Origin: Candidatus Woesearchaeota archaeon
Lineage (GTDB): Archaea > Nanobdellota > Nanobdellia > Woesearchaeales > GW2011-AR4
Assembly: GCA_016185945.1 (NCBI GenBank)
Contig: JACPMR010000015.1
Coordinates: 7,256 to 71,255 of the forward strand
Direction: 5' to 3'
Length of the DNA stretch: 64,000 bases
Part shown: in pieces, positions 35,199-45,162 of the stretch
Layout of the letters: each line of letters starts with the position of its first letter
Numbering within the stretch: position 1 is the stretch's first letter
Position numbers and translations under genes: made by a program
Notes under the pieces: model-generated
Databases searched by the model: none
What the model was told of the DNA's origin: nothing
The model's input: only the letters and a program-made list of their open reading frames with translations

Positions 35199-35465
35199 TT
35201 AATACCAACTGCCTCGCCAAGTTGAGTGCCCCCATTGAATGAGCAAGTCGACTCCCAAGCGCTCTACTTGTAATGGCACGTCACAGGCGCCAAAGCACGA
35301 GCCCATCCATATTACTACATTGGCATTTGTATTTTTCTCTATTGCCTGCTGTATCTCTTTTGCCCTTGGCTTCAAGCCGTCCGGCAGCTGAACGCAGACC
35401 AGCTTTGAGTTTTCCTTGGTGATTCTTTCTATGACTTTGTGAAGTTCAAGGTCGTATGGGTCCAT
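35199..35465 (-). pseudogene. Dph2 (diphthamide synthesis 2-(3-amino-3-carboxypropyl)histidine synthase) N-terminal fragment
   Basis: 88 aa: LVCVQLPDGLKPRAKEIQQAIE ... VVIWMGSCFGACDVPLQVERLGVDLLIQWGHS matches the Dph2 N-terminus (P. horikoshii VLIQSPEGL ... YGACD ... LGHS), then diverges (TWRGSWY-stop) exactly where repeat copy E begins; the remaining ~240 aa of Dph2 are absent. Confidence 0.6.
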
Positions 35466-35525
35466 AAGAGTAAGAGAATGGTTAGATAGTTTAAAAATTT
35501 ATTGAGACGGGAGGGAATATAATTT

Positions 35526-35921
35526 TTATCTGCATTTTTTGTATTCGCCAAACAATTCTGGCAGGGTTTTTCCTTCTGGAGATTTTACTGGGATTGTGAT
35601 AACCATTCCAGGTCTTAAAGCACTTGAGGGAAGACAATTTACTTCTATAACATAATCATGCGCCAAGCTATTTGGACCTACAATCCCTTCAATAGTATCT
35701 CCTGACCTAACTCGATACTTTTCTAATGTGTATCGCTCATTTACAGCGCCTGCATTTATATCATATACACTTTCTGTTAAAGCACCATCAAATATCCTAA
35801 CAATATCAACTCCTGAACCATGTAAAATCTCAGCTAATCCTTTTCTTAATCCAGGCTGAGTTGCTAAAGCAGCAGCTGCTAACAAAGTTAGTCCAACTCC
35901 AACTCTTTGTTTATTTACCAT
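35526..35921 (-). CDS. secreted protein, GC-rich codon usage, unknown function
   Basis: N-terminal signal peptide MVNKQRVGVGLTLLAAAALA; segment YRVRSGDTIEGIVGPN is loosely LysM- or DPBB-like. Confidence 0.4.
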   Translation of the reverse strand: MVNKQRVGVGLTLLAAAALATQPGLRKGLAEILHGSGVDIVRIFDGALTESVYDINAGAVNERYTLEKYRVRSGDTIEGIVGPNSLAHDYVIEVNCLPSSALRPGMVITIPVKSPEGKTLPELFGEYKKCR

Positions 35922-35926
35922 TTTTC

Positions 35927-36076
35927 TCACAAAAACATCTCATCCATCTCAAATTCAGACAAGTCCTTCTTATTGAGCAATTTAGCAAAATCCTTATCCT
36001 TCATCTTTTTCCTTTCACTTCTCAAATTTTCAATTTGCTCCATGTCCTCGTCCAAGAATAATTCGTCCATTTCCAT
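35927..36076 (-). CDS. small acidic protein (49 aa) upstream of the secreted protein
   Basis: MEMDELFLDEDMEQIENLRSERKKMKDKDFAKLLNKKDLSEFEMDEMFL; not in the ORF track (<60 aa); stop overlaps the downstream start. Confidence 0.3.
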   Translation of the reverse strand: MEMDELFLDEDMEQIENLRSERKKMKDKDFAKLLNKKDLSEFEMDEMFL

Positions 36077-36334
36077 TTTAGTATGTTGAGCTGTTATAAT
36101 CCTGGTTCGGAGTGTAATCTACCTGCTTCTCGTTCTTTGCAGAAGGATTGTCCTCTGCTATTGCGCATGCCAAACACATTTTAACCCCCAACTTTTGTAA
36201 TATGTTATTACTTCGTAGTGATATAACTAGTATATAAAGTTTTCGATAAATATAGTAAAATAGATAATTTCAATATAGAAAATAAGTACTATAAACAATT
36301 ATTAAAGTATATCCAACAAAAACAGAAACGACTT

Positions 36335-36458
36335 TTGTAAGTAGGCATGATAAAAGTAAACCGTTGTGAGTTAAGTGCTATAGTGCTAAGCGTTCAAGCA
36401 CTGCAGCAGTATGCGGGGCACCCATATTACATGGTTGTGAACATGGCGCTGATTGATT
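36335..36458. repeat. GC-rich intergenic repeat element, copy F (rearranged; core in inverted orientation)
   Basis: GTAAGTAGGCATGATAAAAG (forward, as in copy E) followed by GCAGCAGTATGCGGGGCACCCATATTAC (reverse complement of the GGGTGCCCCGCATAC core) and the terminal GCGCTGATTGATTG (reverse complement of CAATCAATCAGCGC). Confidence 0.6.
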
Positions 36459-36495
36459 GTTCTTATAATTGGTTATTGTGATTAAATTTATTCTA

Positions 36496-36816
36496 TCACT
36501 TAACAGGATGCCTCATATAATGCTTGCAGCTAAAGCAATAATAGATTAATCTATGTTTATGCAACCTAACTCTACAATTAACTCCTGGAACAAGATATTT
36601 GTGGCAGTGCTTGCAGAATCTTTTCTTTAATTGAGAAGGCAGCTTTATCTTGTATTTCATTGCAATCCTTCTTGCAAGTTTTACATATTTGTCAGAAAAC
36701 TTGCTGTCTTCTTTGAATACTTCCTTTGCATGCTGGAACAAGAAATTAATCCTGTTTTTGGCTATTTTAACTTGCTGCGCTGGTTTTTTATAATGTTTGC
36801 GGGGCATTTTTATCAA
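36496..36816 (-). CDS. rpp21: RNase P protein subunit Rpp21 (Rpr2/RNP4)
   Basis: 106 aa; zinc ribbon CKHCHKYLVPGVNCRVRL ... YYCFSCKH; basic N-terminus typical of Rpp21. Confidence 0.7.
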   Translation of the reverse strand: MIKMPRKHYKKPAQQVKIAKNRINFLFQHAKEVFKEDSKFSDKYVKLARRIAMKYKIKLPSQLKKRFCKHCHKYLVPGVNCRVRLHKHRLIYYCFSCKHYMRHPVK

Positions 36817-36852
36817 AAGAAATAAAGCTAAATTATAAAGTTTGTCAAATAA

Positions 36853-38907
36853 TTAAACAAACAACGGCACCAGAACTAGGGTTATTGTACTTAACAGCTT
36901 AATCAAGACATGCAAGCTTGGGCCTGCTGTGTCCTTAAATGGGTCTCCTATTGTATCTCCAGTTACTGCTGCCTTGTGAGCTTCACTTCCCTTGCCGCCA
37001 TGTTCGCCTTCTTCAATAAGCTTCTTTGCATTGTCCCATGCACCGCCGCCTGTGTTTAGCAACAATGCCATCAAAATGCCTGTAATAGTTGCAACCATCA
37101 AGTAAGCTGCAGCAGCCTCATACTTAAGAACAACTCCGACAATAACGGTTACAACAACAACAAGTAACCCAGGCAATATCATTTCTTTCAAAGACGCCTT
37201 AACACATATGTCAACAACTTTGGCGTAGTCGGGCTTTTCCTTGCCTGTCATTATGCCTTTTTTCTCCTTCCACTGCCTCCTGACTTCATGGACAATTGTG
37301 TAGGCAGCATCTCCAACTGCCCTTATGGCAAATGCGCTGAACAAAAATATCAGCATTGCACCAATCAAAGCGCCAACAAAGACATCAATCTTTGCAATAT
37401 CAACTGTAACAACTTTCATGCCTGTGTGCTTTGCAACATCATCAAGGTAAGCTGTAAACAAAAGAAAAGCTGCCAAAGCAGCACTTCCAATAGCGTAGCC
37501 TTTTGTCAATGCCTTTGTTGTATTGCCTACTGCATCAAGCTTGTCTGTTCTTTTTCTAACAGCACTAGGAGCATTGCTCATCACAACAATGCCGCCTGCA
37601 TTATCGGTTATTGGACCAAAATTATCCATTGCAAGTATGTAAGCTGCTGTTGCAAGCATCCCCATTGTGGCAATTGCTGTCCCATAAAGTCCGCCATGCG
37701 CAAGGTTACTCATCTGCCCAAACTTGAAGGAAACAAGCAAGGCAATTGAAAGAACAATTACAGGCAATACAGTTGCTTCAAGCGCAACTGCAAATCCACT
37801 TATTATGTTTGTTGCATGCCCTGTCAAAGATGCTTTGGCTATGCTCTTTACAGGCCTGTAAGTTGATTCTGTATAGTAAACTGTGATCCAGACAATCAAA
37901 ATGCTTGTTATTATGCCAACCAATCCAGCATAGAAAAACCATATGTTGTTAAGAAGCCATTTTGTTGCTGCATAGAATGCGATTGCTGCCAAGAAGCTTG
38001 TTATGTAATAGCCCCTATTCAATGCAGTCATGGGGTTTTCGTTTTCATTTCTTAGCTTGACAGACATAATGCCAATCATTGTTGCTATCAATCCAAATGC
38101 CCTGACAACCAAGGGGAACAAAACTCCTTTAATGCCGAAGTATGGAAATAAAGCAACTCCAAGTATCATTGCTCCTATGTTTTCAGCAGCAGTGCTCTCA
38201 AACAAATCTGCTCCTCTGCCAGCGCAGTCTCCAACATTATCGCCAACCAAGTCCGCAATAACTGCCGGATTTCTAGGATCGTCTTCTGGAATTCCTTTTT
38301 CAATCTTGCCTACCAAATCAGAGCCGACATCCGCTGCTTTTGTGTAGATTCCGCCGCCAAGCTGGGCAAACAGCGCAACAAAGCTAGCGCCAAATCCATA
38401 GCCAACAATCAGGAAAGGAACTTCCTTTGGATCTGTGCCAATGCTAAACAATGAGTAAATCAAGGCAACCCCTAGCAAGGACATTGCAACTATTACAATG
38501 CCGGATATAGCGCCTGAGCGCAACGCAACAACAAAAGCGTCATTCATGCTTTTCCTTGCAGCGCTTGCTGTCCTTATATTAGCCCTTATGGAAATCCACA
38601 TGCCGACAATGCCTGCAATAGCAGAGCTTACTGCCCCAAACAGGAAAGCAATGCTTGTTCGCCATCCCAAACCAGTATTGCCGAAGAATGCATATGCTGC
38701 ATAAATGATAATAGCAAGGACAATTGAGAGTATTGCTATTGTTGTGTACTGCCTCTTCAGGAATGCTTCTGCGCCTATCTTTATTGCAGCTGCAACTTCC
38801 TGCATTGCTTCCGAGCCAGTGTCTTTTTTTAGAATCTGCCTTGTCAAGTAGCCGGCAAAAAGCAATGCCAAGACGCTAATGGTAATAACAATACTGAGAT
38901 AAACCAT
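36853..38907 (-). CDS. hppA: membrane-bound proton-translocating pyrophosphatase, K+-independent type
   Basis: 684 aa, about 15 TM; GYGFGASF ... DVGSDLVGK ... [16 protein letters not shown] ... [20 protein letters not shown] (Lys at the A/K position marks K+-independence) ... DNAKK; start at MVYLSIV. Confidence 0.85.
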   Translation of the reverse strand: MVYLSIVITISVLALLFAGYLTRQILKKDTGSEAMQEVAAAIKIGAEAFLKRQYTTIAILSIVLAIIIYAAYAFFGNTGLGWRTSIAFLFGAVSSAIAGIVGMWISIRANIRTASAARKSMNDAFVVALRSGAISGIVIVAMSLLGVALIYSLFSIGTDPKEVPFLIVGYGFGASFVALFAQLGGGIYTKAADVGSDLVGKIEKGIPEDDPRNPAVIADLVGDNVGDCAGRGADLFESTAAENIGAMILGVALFPYFGIKGVLFPLVVRAFGLIATMIGIMSVKLRNENENPMTALNRGYYITSFLAAIAFYAATKWLLNNIWFFYAGLVGIITSILIVWITVYYTESTYRPVKSIAKASLTGHATNIISGFAVALEATVLPVIVLSIALLVSFKFGQMSNLAHGGLYGTAIATMGMLATAAYILAMDNFGPITDNAGGIVVMSNAPSAVRKRTDKLDAVGNTTKALTKGYAIGSAALAAFLLFTAYLDDVAKHTGMKVVTVDIAKIDVFVGALIGAMLIFLFSAFAIRAVGDAAYTIVHEVRRQWKEKKGIMTGKEKPDYAKVVDICVKASLKEMILPGLLVVVVTVIVGVVLKYEAAAAYLMVATITGILMALLLNTGGGAWDNAKKLIEEGEHGGKGSEAHKAAVTGDTIGDPFKDTAGPSLHVLIKLLSTITLVLVPLFV

Positions 38908-38984
38908 TGGTTTTGGGAAAAAATAGGTATATATAAAGGTTTTTGTGAATGTTGTTTTCAGTCCTTTAAAATAGTAAAAATTAT

Positions 38985-40283
38985 ATGCATGCAGTTCCAA
39001 ATACACTTAAAATGCTGGAATTCCTAAAGAAAATATTCAAAAGCGAGGAGCAGGAAGTAAAAAAAGCTGCTGAAATAAAGCTGCAATATCTTGAGGAATG
39101 GATTGGAGAGCAGGCAAAGCCATTGACGGAAGATACACAGTACAAAATTGAAGAAATATTTATGAGGGTTAGCGAGGAACTGCAAAGGGCAAGGATTAAT
39201 GTCGAAACTTTGGAGAATGCAAAGCTGCAAAACCCAAATATACCATTCAAAGCAAAGCAGTATATGGAAGGCAACAGGAAGGCATACATAAGAGCAATAA
39301 ACTCCTTTCTTGGACATGCAGAGATAAACAACAAAGATTATTTTTATCTTTTGGATTTCTGCAAATTGTTTGATAGGTTAATAGACGATTTAAATAAGGG
39401 AACTTTTAGGAGCTATACAATACTGCAGGAGTTTTTTGCAAATGAAACAAATAAAATCGCTGAAAACCTCAAGAGTTTTGATGATTTATTCAAAGAGCTT
39501 AAATCCGTGCTGAACAGCAAAAAGATTGTAGCTGTAAATAATTCCAGGCAGAAGGCCCAGAACTTGAGCGCAAAAACAAAGCAGAAAATAAACATAGATG
39601 TGGATTTCAAAAATGCAGAGGCAAGCTTAAAGCTGGCAAATGAAGAGAAAGATTCAGTTATGGCGGAGATAATGGATTTCAGCAAAGGTGATTCCCACAA
39701 TAATTTTGTTAATTTAAACGAAGAGAAAAAGAATAAAGAAAGGGAATTTTATCAAGATCAAGATCGAATACTGCAAAGCTTTTCCGTGCTTGAAAGACCG
39801 TTGAGGAAATATTCGCATGTTGCATTCGAGCACGAGGAGATTGTTCTGGATTATCTGAAGCAGCCGATTGAGACTCTGGCCAATGACAAAGAAATGAAGA
39901 TTGCTGAAATTCTGAAAAATATGGAAAAATTGCTAGATGAAAACCAAATACAGATTGATGAGAAGAAAAGGGAAAAATCACTTGAAGAGATAAAGAAACT
40001 GAACAAGGAATTTTTGGAGCAATTCACCAAGAAATATTATTCGTTTAAATCCGAGATTGAGGAAATTGACAACAAAATAAAGATGACTGGTGTGCCAGAT
40101 AAATTCAGGAACTTTAATAAGCAGCTTGAGGATATTAATTTGAGGATTGAGAAAAACAATGAAGAGTATGAAAAACTGAAAAGTGATGTTGTCAAGATAA
40201 ACAATTCAATTGAAAGCCTGAAGAGCGAGATTGAAGGCGATGTTAAGGAGATTTTTGGGGAGGATATTAAGATTGTTGTTTGA
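38985..40283 (+). CDS. coiled-coil protein, unknown function
   Basis: 432 aa, Lys/Glu-rich with heptad-like periodicity throughout; no enzymatic motifs. Confidence 0.4.
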   Translation: MHAVPNTLKMLEFLKKIFKSEEQEVKKAAEIKLQYLEEWIGEQAKPLTEDTQYKIEEIFMRVSEELQRARINVETLENAKLQNPNIPFKAKQYMEGNRKAYIRAINSFLGHAEINNKDYFYLLDFCKLFDRLIDDLNKGTFRSYTILQEFFANETNKIAENLKSFDDLFKELKSVLNSKKIVAVNNSRQKAQNLSAKTKQKINIDVDFKNAEASLKLANEEKDSVMAEIMDFSKGDSHNNFVNLNEEKKNKEREFYQDQDRILQSFSVLERPLRKYSHVAFEHEEIVLDYLKQPIETLANDKEMKIAEILKNMEKLLDENQIQIDEKKREKSLEEIKKLNKEFLEQFTKKYYSFKSEIEEIDNKIKMTGVPDKFRNFNKQLEDINLRIEKNNEEYEKLKSDVVKINNSIESLKSEIEGDVKEIFGEDIKIVV

Positions 40284-41835
40284 ATTTTTTATAACATTCT
40301 TCCAAAGCTTCTATAGCGGGCAATCTTCCATCTTTTTCGATTAACTCCAAAGTTGCACCGCCTGCATTTGATATAATGGTAAAAGCTTCTTCACCATTCC
40401 ACCTTCTTATAATTGCTGCTGTGTCACCGCCTGCGCCTATCGTAACAGCGCCTTTATTTTTTGCTTCTTTAATAGCTTCGAACAGCTTTTTATTGGTTTG
40501 AGAAAATTTTTCTACTCTAGGATCTTCGATAGAAAGGGGTCCTGCCAGGATTAGCATATATGAATTTTTTACATTTTTGCAGATTAAATCTAAAGTCTCT
40601 GGACCAGGAGCAACTCCAAGCCAGCCATCTGGAATTCCAGCAGGAGCATTGTAAACTTTAAGCTCTGCATCTTTAGGAAGATTTCCATACCTATCAGGAG
40701 ACTTGTTTGTTATTGTATGGTCTGCGTTAAGCATAACTTCAACTTCTTTAGCAGCCGCCTTCAATAAAACCTGTGCTGCAAAGATTATCTGCTCGCCTAT
40801 CTCTTTCCATTCGACAAAAGAATTGCCAATCAGATTTTTTATTTCTTCGTCAGAAACTCCAATAAGTTCTTTTAGTTTGTCACTTTTTTCTTTTTGCAAG
40901 CTTTCCTGAACTTCAGTTGCGGTTTTTGAGGATTTTTCTATTTTTTTGTTATATTCATCAATTATGCTTTCGGCTTCATTAATTCTTTTTTCTATAACAT
41001 CTAAAAATTCTTTAGCCAAAAGAAATGTGTAAGTGACTGCACCTTGCACAATTAGTGCATCGCCTTTTTTCATTTTGTCCAAAAGAGAATGTGTTACAGT
41101 TATTTTTGAGGTTATTCCTACTTGTGTTTCGATTTTTTTACCTGATAAAAAGTAGACAAATGCCCCTCTGTTTTTTTCCTGCAAAAGTTTTGATATATTG
41201 CCTATATACTTGATTACTTCAACGTATTTAAAGCCAAAGCCAGCTTTGCCTCCATTTTCAACAATGTAAAGAGGAACGCTGACAACAGTTGCCTCTGGGC
41301 GCATGTTCTGGGCTTCTGCTTCATTAACATAAACTGCATTATGCCCAGCTAATGACGCAATAAACTTAGCAAATTCTTTGTCATTTGCATTTGCTTCTGG
41401 GTCGTATCTGACATTTTCCAAAACGATAATCTGCCCTTCTTTTAAATTATTAACATCATTAACAACTTCCTCTTTATTTCTGTAAACACTTCTGGGCTTG
41501 CTGCCGTCCAAGCAATTTGGAGTCAAAAGAACTGGATGGTTTAGCAAACCTTCTTCTTTTAATATTTCTTGCAAGCGCAAAGCAACAGGCGCCATGCTCA
41601 ATTCTGGGTCTTCACCTTTTGGTCTGCTTAACCAACCTGGCTCGAGAATGATTTTTGCATTATTTTTTATTAAATAAGCCAATGTTTGTATAGTGTCTCT
41701 TATACGAGAATCGTCTGAGACTCTTTTAGCATCCAATAAACTTTTGCTAGAATCAAGAGGAACATCAAAGCCACACCTTAAAATAACTCTTTTTCCCCTA
41801 ACATCCAAATCATTCAAAGTGAAAAATTTATGCAT
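40267..41835 (-). CDS. pgk: phosphoglycerate kinase with a ~100-aa internal coiled-coil insertion
   Basis: N-terminal LNDLDVRGKRVILRCGFDVPL and C-terminal GAGGDTAAI ... ISNAGGATLELIE are canonical PGK; 522 aa versus about 410 expected, the extra segment (NEAESIIDEYNKKIEKSSK ... EIKNLIGN) lying between the N and C domains. Confidence 0.85.
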   Translation of the reverse strand: MHKFFTLNDLDVRGKRVILRCGFDVPLDSSKSLLDAKRVSDDSRIRDTIQTLAYLIKNNAKIILEPGWLSRPKGEDPELSMAPVALRLQEILKEEGLLNHPVLLTPNCLDGSKPRSVYRNKEEVVNDVNNLKEGQIIVLENVRYDPEANANDKEFAKFIASLAGHNAVYVNEAEAQNMRPEATVVSVPLYIVENGGKAGFGFKYVEVIKYIGNISKLLQEKNRGAFVYFLSGKKIETQVGITSKITVTHSLLDKMKKGDALIVQGAVTYTFLLAKEFLDVIEKRINEAESIIDEYNKKIEKSSKTATEVQESLQKEKSDKLKELIGVSDEEIKNLIGNSFVEWKEIGEQIIFAAQVLLKAAAKEVEVMLNADHTITNKSPDRYGNLPKDAELKVYNAPAGIPDGWLGVAPGPETLDLICKNVKNSYMLILAGPLSIEDPRVEKFSQTNKKLFEAIKEAKNKGAVTIGAGGDTAAIIRRWNGEEAFTIISNAGGATLELIEKDGRLPAIEALEECYKKFKQQS

Positions 41836-41944
41836 AGAGAATGGGATTTATGTAATTTTTAAAAGGTTTGCGGTTTAAGTTGCGAAATTCGTTAAAAATA
41901 AAATTAAATATCATTACAAAAGACAATAAAATATTATTAAAAAT

Positions 41945-42150
41945 CAATCACTAACGAGAGCAATTTTTTGGGATTAAATTGCATTAAAACAATGAGATTA
42001 AATCAATCCCGAGAGCGTCCTTTATAAGTAATCGCGAATAAGGAAACCAGCTTTTGCTATCGCACTTTATCTTTAGCAATCAAGTGCAGATAGAAGTGGC
42101 TGCGGTTCCCTTATCACAAAAGCAGCTACAGGGAAGCCCTCGTGATTGAA
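41945..42150. repeat. GC-rich intergenic repeat element, copy G (possibly two nested/tandem units)
   Basis: CAATCACTAACGAGAGC ... second TIR-like CAATCCCGAGAGCG at about 41994 ... CAATCAAGTGCAGATAGAAGTGGCTGCGGTTCCCTTATCACAAAAGCAGCTACAGGGAAGCCCTCGTGATTGAA. Confidence 0.7.
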
Positions 42151-42186
42151 TTATAATTTTAATATAATTAGTATAATGATGTAATT

Positions 42187-44142
42187 TCAAACCATTAAAG
42201 GCACAAAAACAATCGCAACTATTGACATCAGCTTAATCAAGATATTCAAAGAAGGTCCTGCTGTGTCTTTGAAAGGATCTCCAACTGTGTCGCCGACAAC
42301 TGCTGATTTATGAGCTTCAGAGCCTTTGCCGCCAAGGTTGCCTGCCTCTATGTACTTTTTTGCATTGTCCCATGCACCGCCAGAATTAGCCATGAAAATT
42401 GCCAGAGAAAAACCAGTTACAATAGAGCCGACAAGCAGCCCTCCTAATGCCTCCAAGCCAAAAAAATAGCCAACTATAATAGGGGCAAAAATTGCCAACA
42501 AGGAAGGCATTACCATCTGCCTTAAAGCGCTTCTTGTGCTTATTGCTATGCATCTCTCATAGTCGGGCTTTGCCTTGCCTTTAGCAAGTCCTTTTATTTC
42601 CTTCCATTGTCTTCTTACTTCCTCAACAATCCCAGAAGCTGCTTTTCCCACTGCCTGCATTGCAAATGAACTGAACAGGAAAGGAAGCATCCCGCCAATG
42701 AACAAGCCAATTATTACATTTGGGCTAGAGATGCTCATTACTTGAATTTTTGTAATTTGAGTGAAGCTTGCGAATAATGCTAATGCAGTCAATGCAGCAC
42801 TTCCAATTGCAAAGCCCTTTCCAATAGCTGCGGTTGTGTTGCCGACTGCATCAAGCAATTCTGTTTTTTCTCTGACATCTTTGCCAACCTTTGCCATCTC
42901 TGAGATGCCTGCTGCATTATCAGCCACTGAGCCGTAAGTGTCGATAGCAAGTGTTATGCCCAAAGTTGAAAGCATTCCCACTCCTGCAATTGCTATGCCA
43001 TAAAGCCCTGCAAACTTGTAAGCAACTAAAACAGCAATTGAAACCACAAGAACAGGAATCAAGGTTGAGAACATTCCGACAGCAAGCCCTTGAATTACAT
43101 TTGTGCCTGCACCTGTCCTTGCTGCAGCTGCAATGCTTTTTGTCGGAGCATTTTTGTTTGATGTCATGTATTCTGTGAATAAGCCGATTACAACACCGAC
43201 AATCAAGCCCGCCAATGCTGCATAGAAAATTCCAATGTCAAGTTTCTGGTATTTGACAAGCAAAAATGAGAAAATTGCAGTCAATATAGTGCTTATGTAC
43301 AAGCCATTGTTTAATGCATTAAACAAATGCTTTTCATCCTTTGCCCTTACAAAAAATATTCCAATTAATGAAGCTAAAATCCCTAATGCAGCCAAAGCCA
43401 AAGGAAATATTACATGGCTAACTCCAAATAAAGCCACGCCTATAACCATTGCAGCTATTATGCTGTTGACATAACTTTCAAACAAGTCAGCACCCATGCC
43501 TGCGACATCACCTACATTGTCGCCCACATTATCGGCTATAACTGCTGGATTTCTTGGGTCGTCTTCTGGTATCCCTTTCTCGACCTTGCCAACCAAGTCA
43601 GCGCCAACATCCGCTGCCTTTGTATAAATTCCTCCCCCAACCCTTGCAAATAAAGCAATTGAAGATGCGCCAAAGCCAAATCCAAATATTATGTTTGGAT
43701 CGCCAAAAATTTGGTAAAGAATTGTAACTCCTAATAAGCCAATGCCTACAACGCTTAACCCCATGACAGAGCCAGAGTAAAAAGCAAGCCTTAAGCCCTC
43801 CCCTATATGCTTTTTAGTTGCCTCTGTTGTTCTTGAGTTTGCTCTTGTGGCAATCCTCATTCCAATATTTCCTGCCAATGCAGAAGAAAAGCCGCCAATT
43901 ATGAAAGATATTGCAAGCTTTTGCCCGTTTTCAAGAAAGAAAAACATTATTAATGCAACAATAAGTATGAAAATAACCAAAAATTCATATTCTTTTTTCA
44001 GAAAAATCAAGGCTCCTTTATGGATTGCCTCAGAAATTTCCTGCATTTTGGCAGTGCCTGCTGGCTTCTTTAATATGTAGAAAGCGAGAAATAAGGCAAC
44101 TAGCAATGATAAGATGCTTATGCTGATAATGAATTGAAGCAT
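42187..44142 (-). CDS. hppA: membrane-bound pyrophosphatase, K+-dependent type (H+ or Na+ pumping)
   Basis: 651 aa; GFGFGASS ... DVGADLVGK ... [16 protein letters not shown] ... [20 protein letters not shown] (Ala at the A/K position marks K+-dependence) ... DNAKK. Confidence 0.85.
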   Translation of the reverse strand: MLQFIISISILSLLVALFLAFYILKKPAGTAKMQEISEAIHKGALIFLKKEYEFLVIFILIVALIMFFFLENGQKLAISFIIGGFSSALAGNIGMRIATRANSRTTEATKKHIGEGLRLAFYSGSVMGLSVVGIGLLGVTILYQIFGDPNIIFGFGFGASSIALFARVGGGIYTKAADVGADLVGKVEKGIPEDDPRNPAVIADNVGDNVGDVAGMGADLFESYVNSIIAAMVIGVALFGVSHVIFPLALAALGILASLIGIFFVRAKDEKHLFNALNNGLYISTILTAIFSFLLVKYQKLDIGIFYAALAGLIVGVVIGLFTEYMTSNKNAPTKSIAAAARTGAGTNVIQGLAVGMFSTLIPVLVVSIAVLVAYKFAGLYGIAIAGVGMLSTLGITLAIDTYGSVADNAAGISEMAKVGKDVREKTELLDAVGNTTAAIGKGFAIGSAALTALALFASFTQITKIQVMSISSPNVIIGLFIGGMLPFLFSSFAMQAVGKAASGIVEEVRRQWKEIKGLAKGKAKPDYERCIAISTRSALRQMVMPSLLAIFAPIIVGYFFGLEALGGLLVGSIVTGFSLAIFMANSGGAWDNAKKYIEAGNLGGKGSEAHKSAVVGDTVGDPFKDTAGPSLNILIKLMSIVAIVFVPLMV

Positions 44143-44335
44143 AACAAGTTTTGTATAGATTTATCTATATAAATATATATGATTTTAACTCCTTGCCTTA
44201 ACCCAGAAATAAAGGTAAATCGCAAATCCAATAAACAGCAACAGGTTAATAATATGAAAAGCAATAGGCAGCCATTTCAGAATTTTTATCTTTGTTTCTT
44301 TTTTCATTATTTGGATTTTTGTTTATTATTATTTA

Positions 44336-44475
44336 TAGGCGAGGCGGGGGTAGCTGGCGAGTGAGTCTCTCACGAGCCTCACAAGTCGGGTGCCGCCGAG
44401 CAGTAAAATTTGCGAAGCGGATTGAAATATTTTATATCGAAATGTTTTATTTTAAGTTTTCCTTTAGTTAATATG
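44336..44475. repeat. GC-hairpin repeat element, copy H (shares a module with copy J)
   Basis: GCGAGGCGGGGG ... GGCGAGTGAGTCTCTCACGAGCCTCAC ... TTTGCGAAGCGGATTGAAAT ... TGTTTTATTTTAAGTTTTCCTTTAGTTAATAT; the 3' half is near-identical to 58450-58515. Confidence 0.6.
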
Positions 44476-44542
44476 ATTTTTACTGTTTGCCTTTGCCAAT
44501 TAGGCATTTTCAATAAATTTAATTTTTTCAAAAAAACAAAAA

Positions 44543-45160
44543 TCATGCCTTTGCCTTTATTCTTTTCATCCTGAAGATGTTCTCCCTTTCTATCTCCTCC
44601 AATCTTAGCTGGATAAATGCCCTTACTTTTTCCAAATTGGGGATTACTATAAATTCCAATGCATTTACCCTTCTTTTTGTTTTTTCTATCTCGCTGAGCA
44701 GTTTTCTCATCGAGGTTTCAACTTCTGCAGCAAGGATTATTTTTTCGACTACTTTTTCATAGGCTGCCGCCGCCTCGTCAACTGCAGATGAATTATAGAC
44801 GCCATAGCCCCTTTCCATGAATGCCTTTTCTATCTCAGAAGATTCTATTTTTGGTACTTTCACTCCCATAATGTTTTTTGTTTCAAGCTTTACTTCCGGC
44901 ATGTCCTTAATTGCCATTGCAATTGATTTGACTTTCAAGTCACCTTCCAGAGTTCTTGCAATGTTGATTTTTTCCAATGCAACTTTATATTCGTTGACTA
45001 ACTCTTCCCTCAAAGTTTTTGCTTTCTTCAGTATTTCAAAGAACTCAAGAATCAAGCCGTCTCTTTTCTTCTTCAGCAAGCTGTAGCCAGATTTGGCTAG
45101 CTTGATTTGCTTTTTTAGCTTCAATAATTCGCTTCTGGTTGGCTTAATGTCTTGGGGCAT
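44543..45160 (-). CDS. atpD: A-type ATP synthase subunit D
   Basis: 205 aa; MPQDIKPTRSELLKLKKQIKLAKSGYSLLKKKRDGL, canonical AtpD N-terminus; last gene of the ATPase operon. Confidence 0.8.
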   Translation of the reverse strand: MPQDIKPTRSELLKLKKQIKLAKSGYSLLKKKRDGLILEFFEILKKAKTLREELVNEYKVALEKINIARTLEGDLKVKSIAMAIKDMPEVKLETKNIMGVKVPKIESSEIEKAFMERGYGVYNSSAVDEAAAAYEKVVEKIILAAEVETSMRKLLSEIEKTKRRVNALEFIVIPNLEKVRAFIQLRLEEIERENIFRMKRIKAKA

Positions 45161-45162
45161 TT

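Noticed and set aside
37288-38704. Multiple + strand ORFs inside the pyrophosphatase genes (37288..37749, 38030..38347, 38498..38704, 43235..43474, etc.)
   Set aside because: They are antisense or alternative frames within long, highly conserved membrane PPase genes; no independent support.
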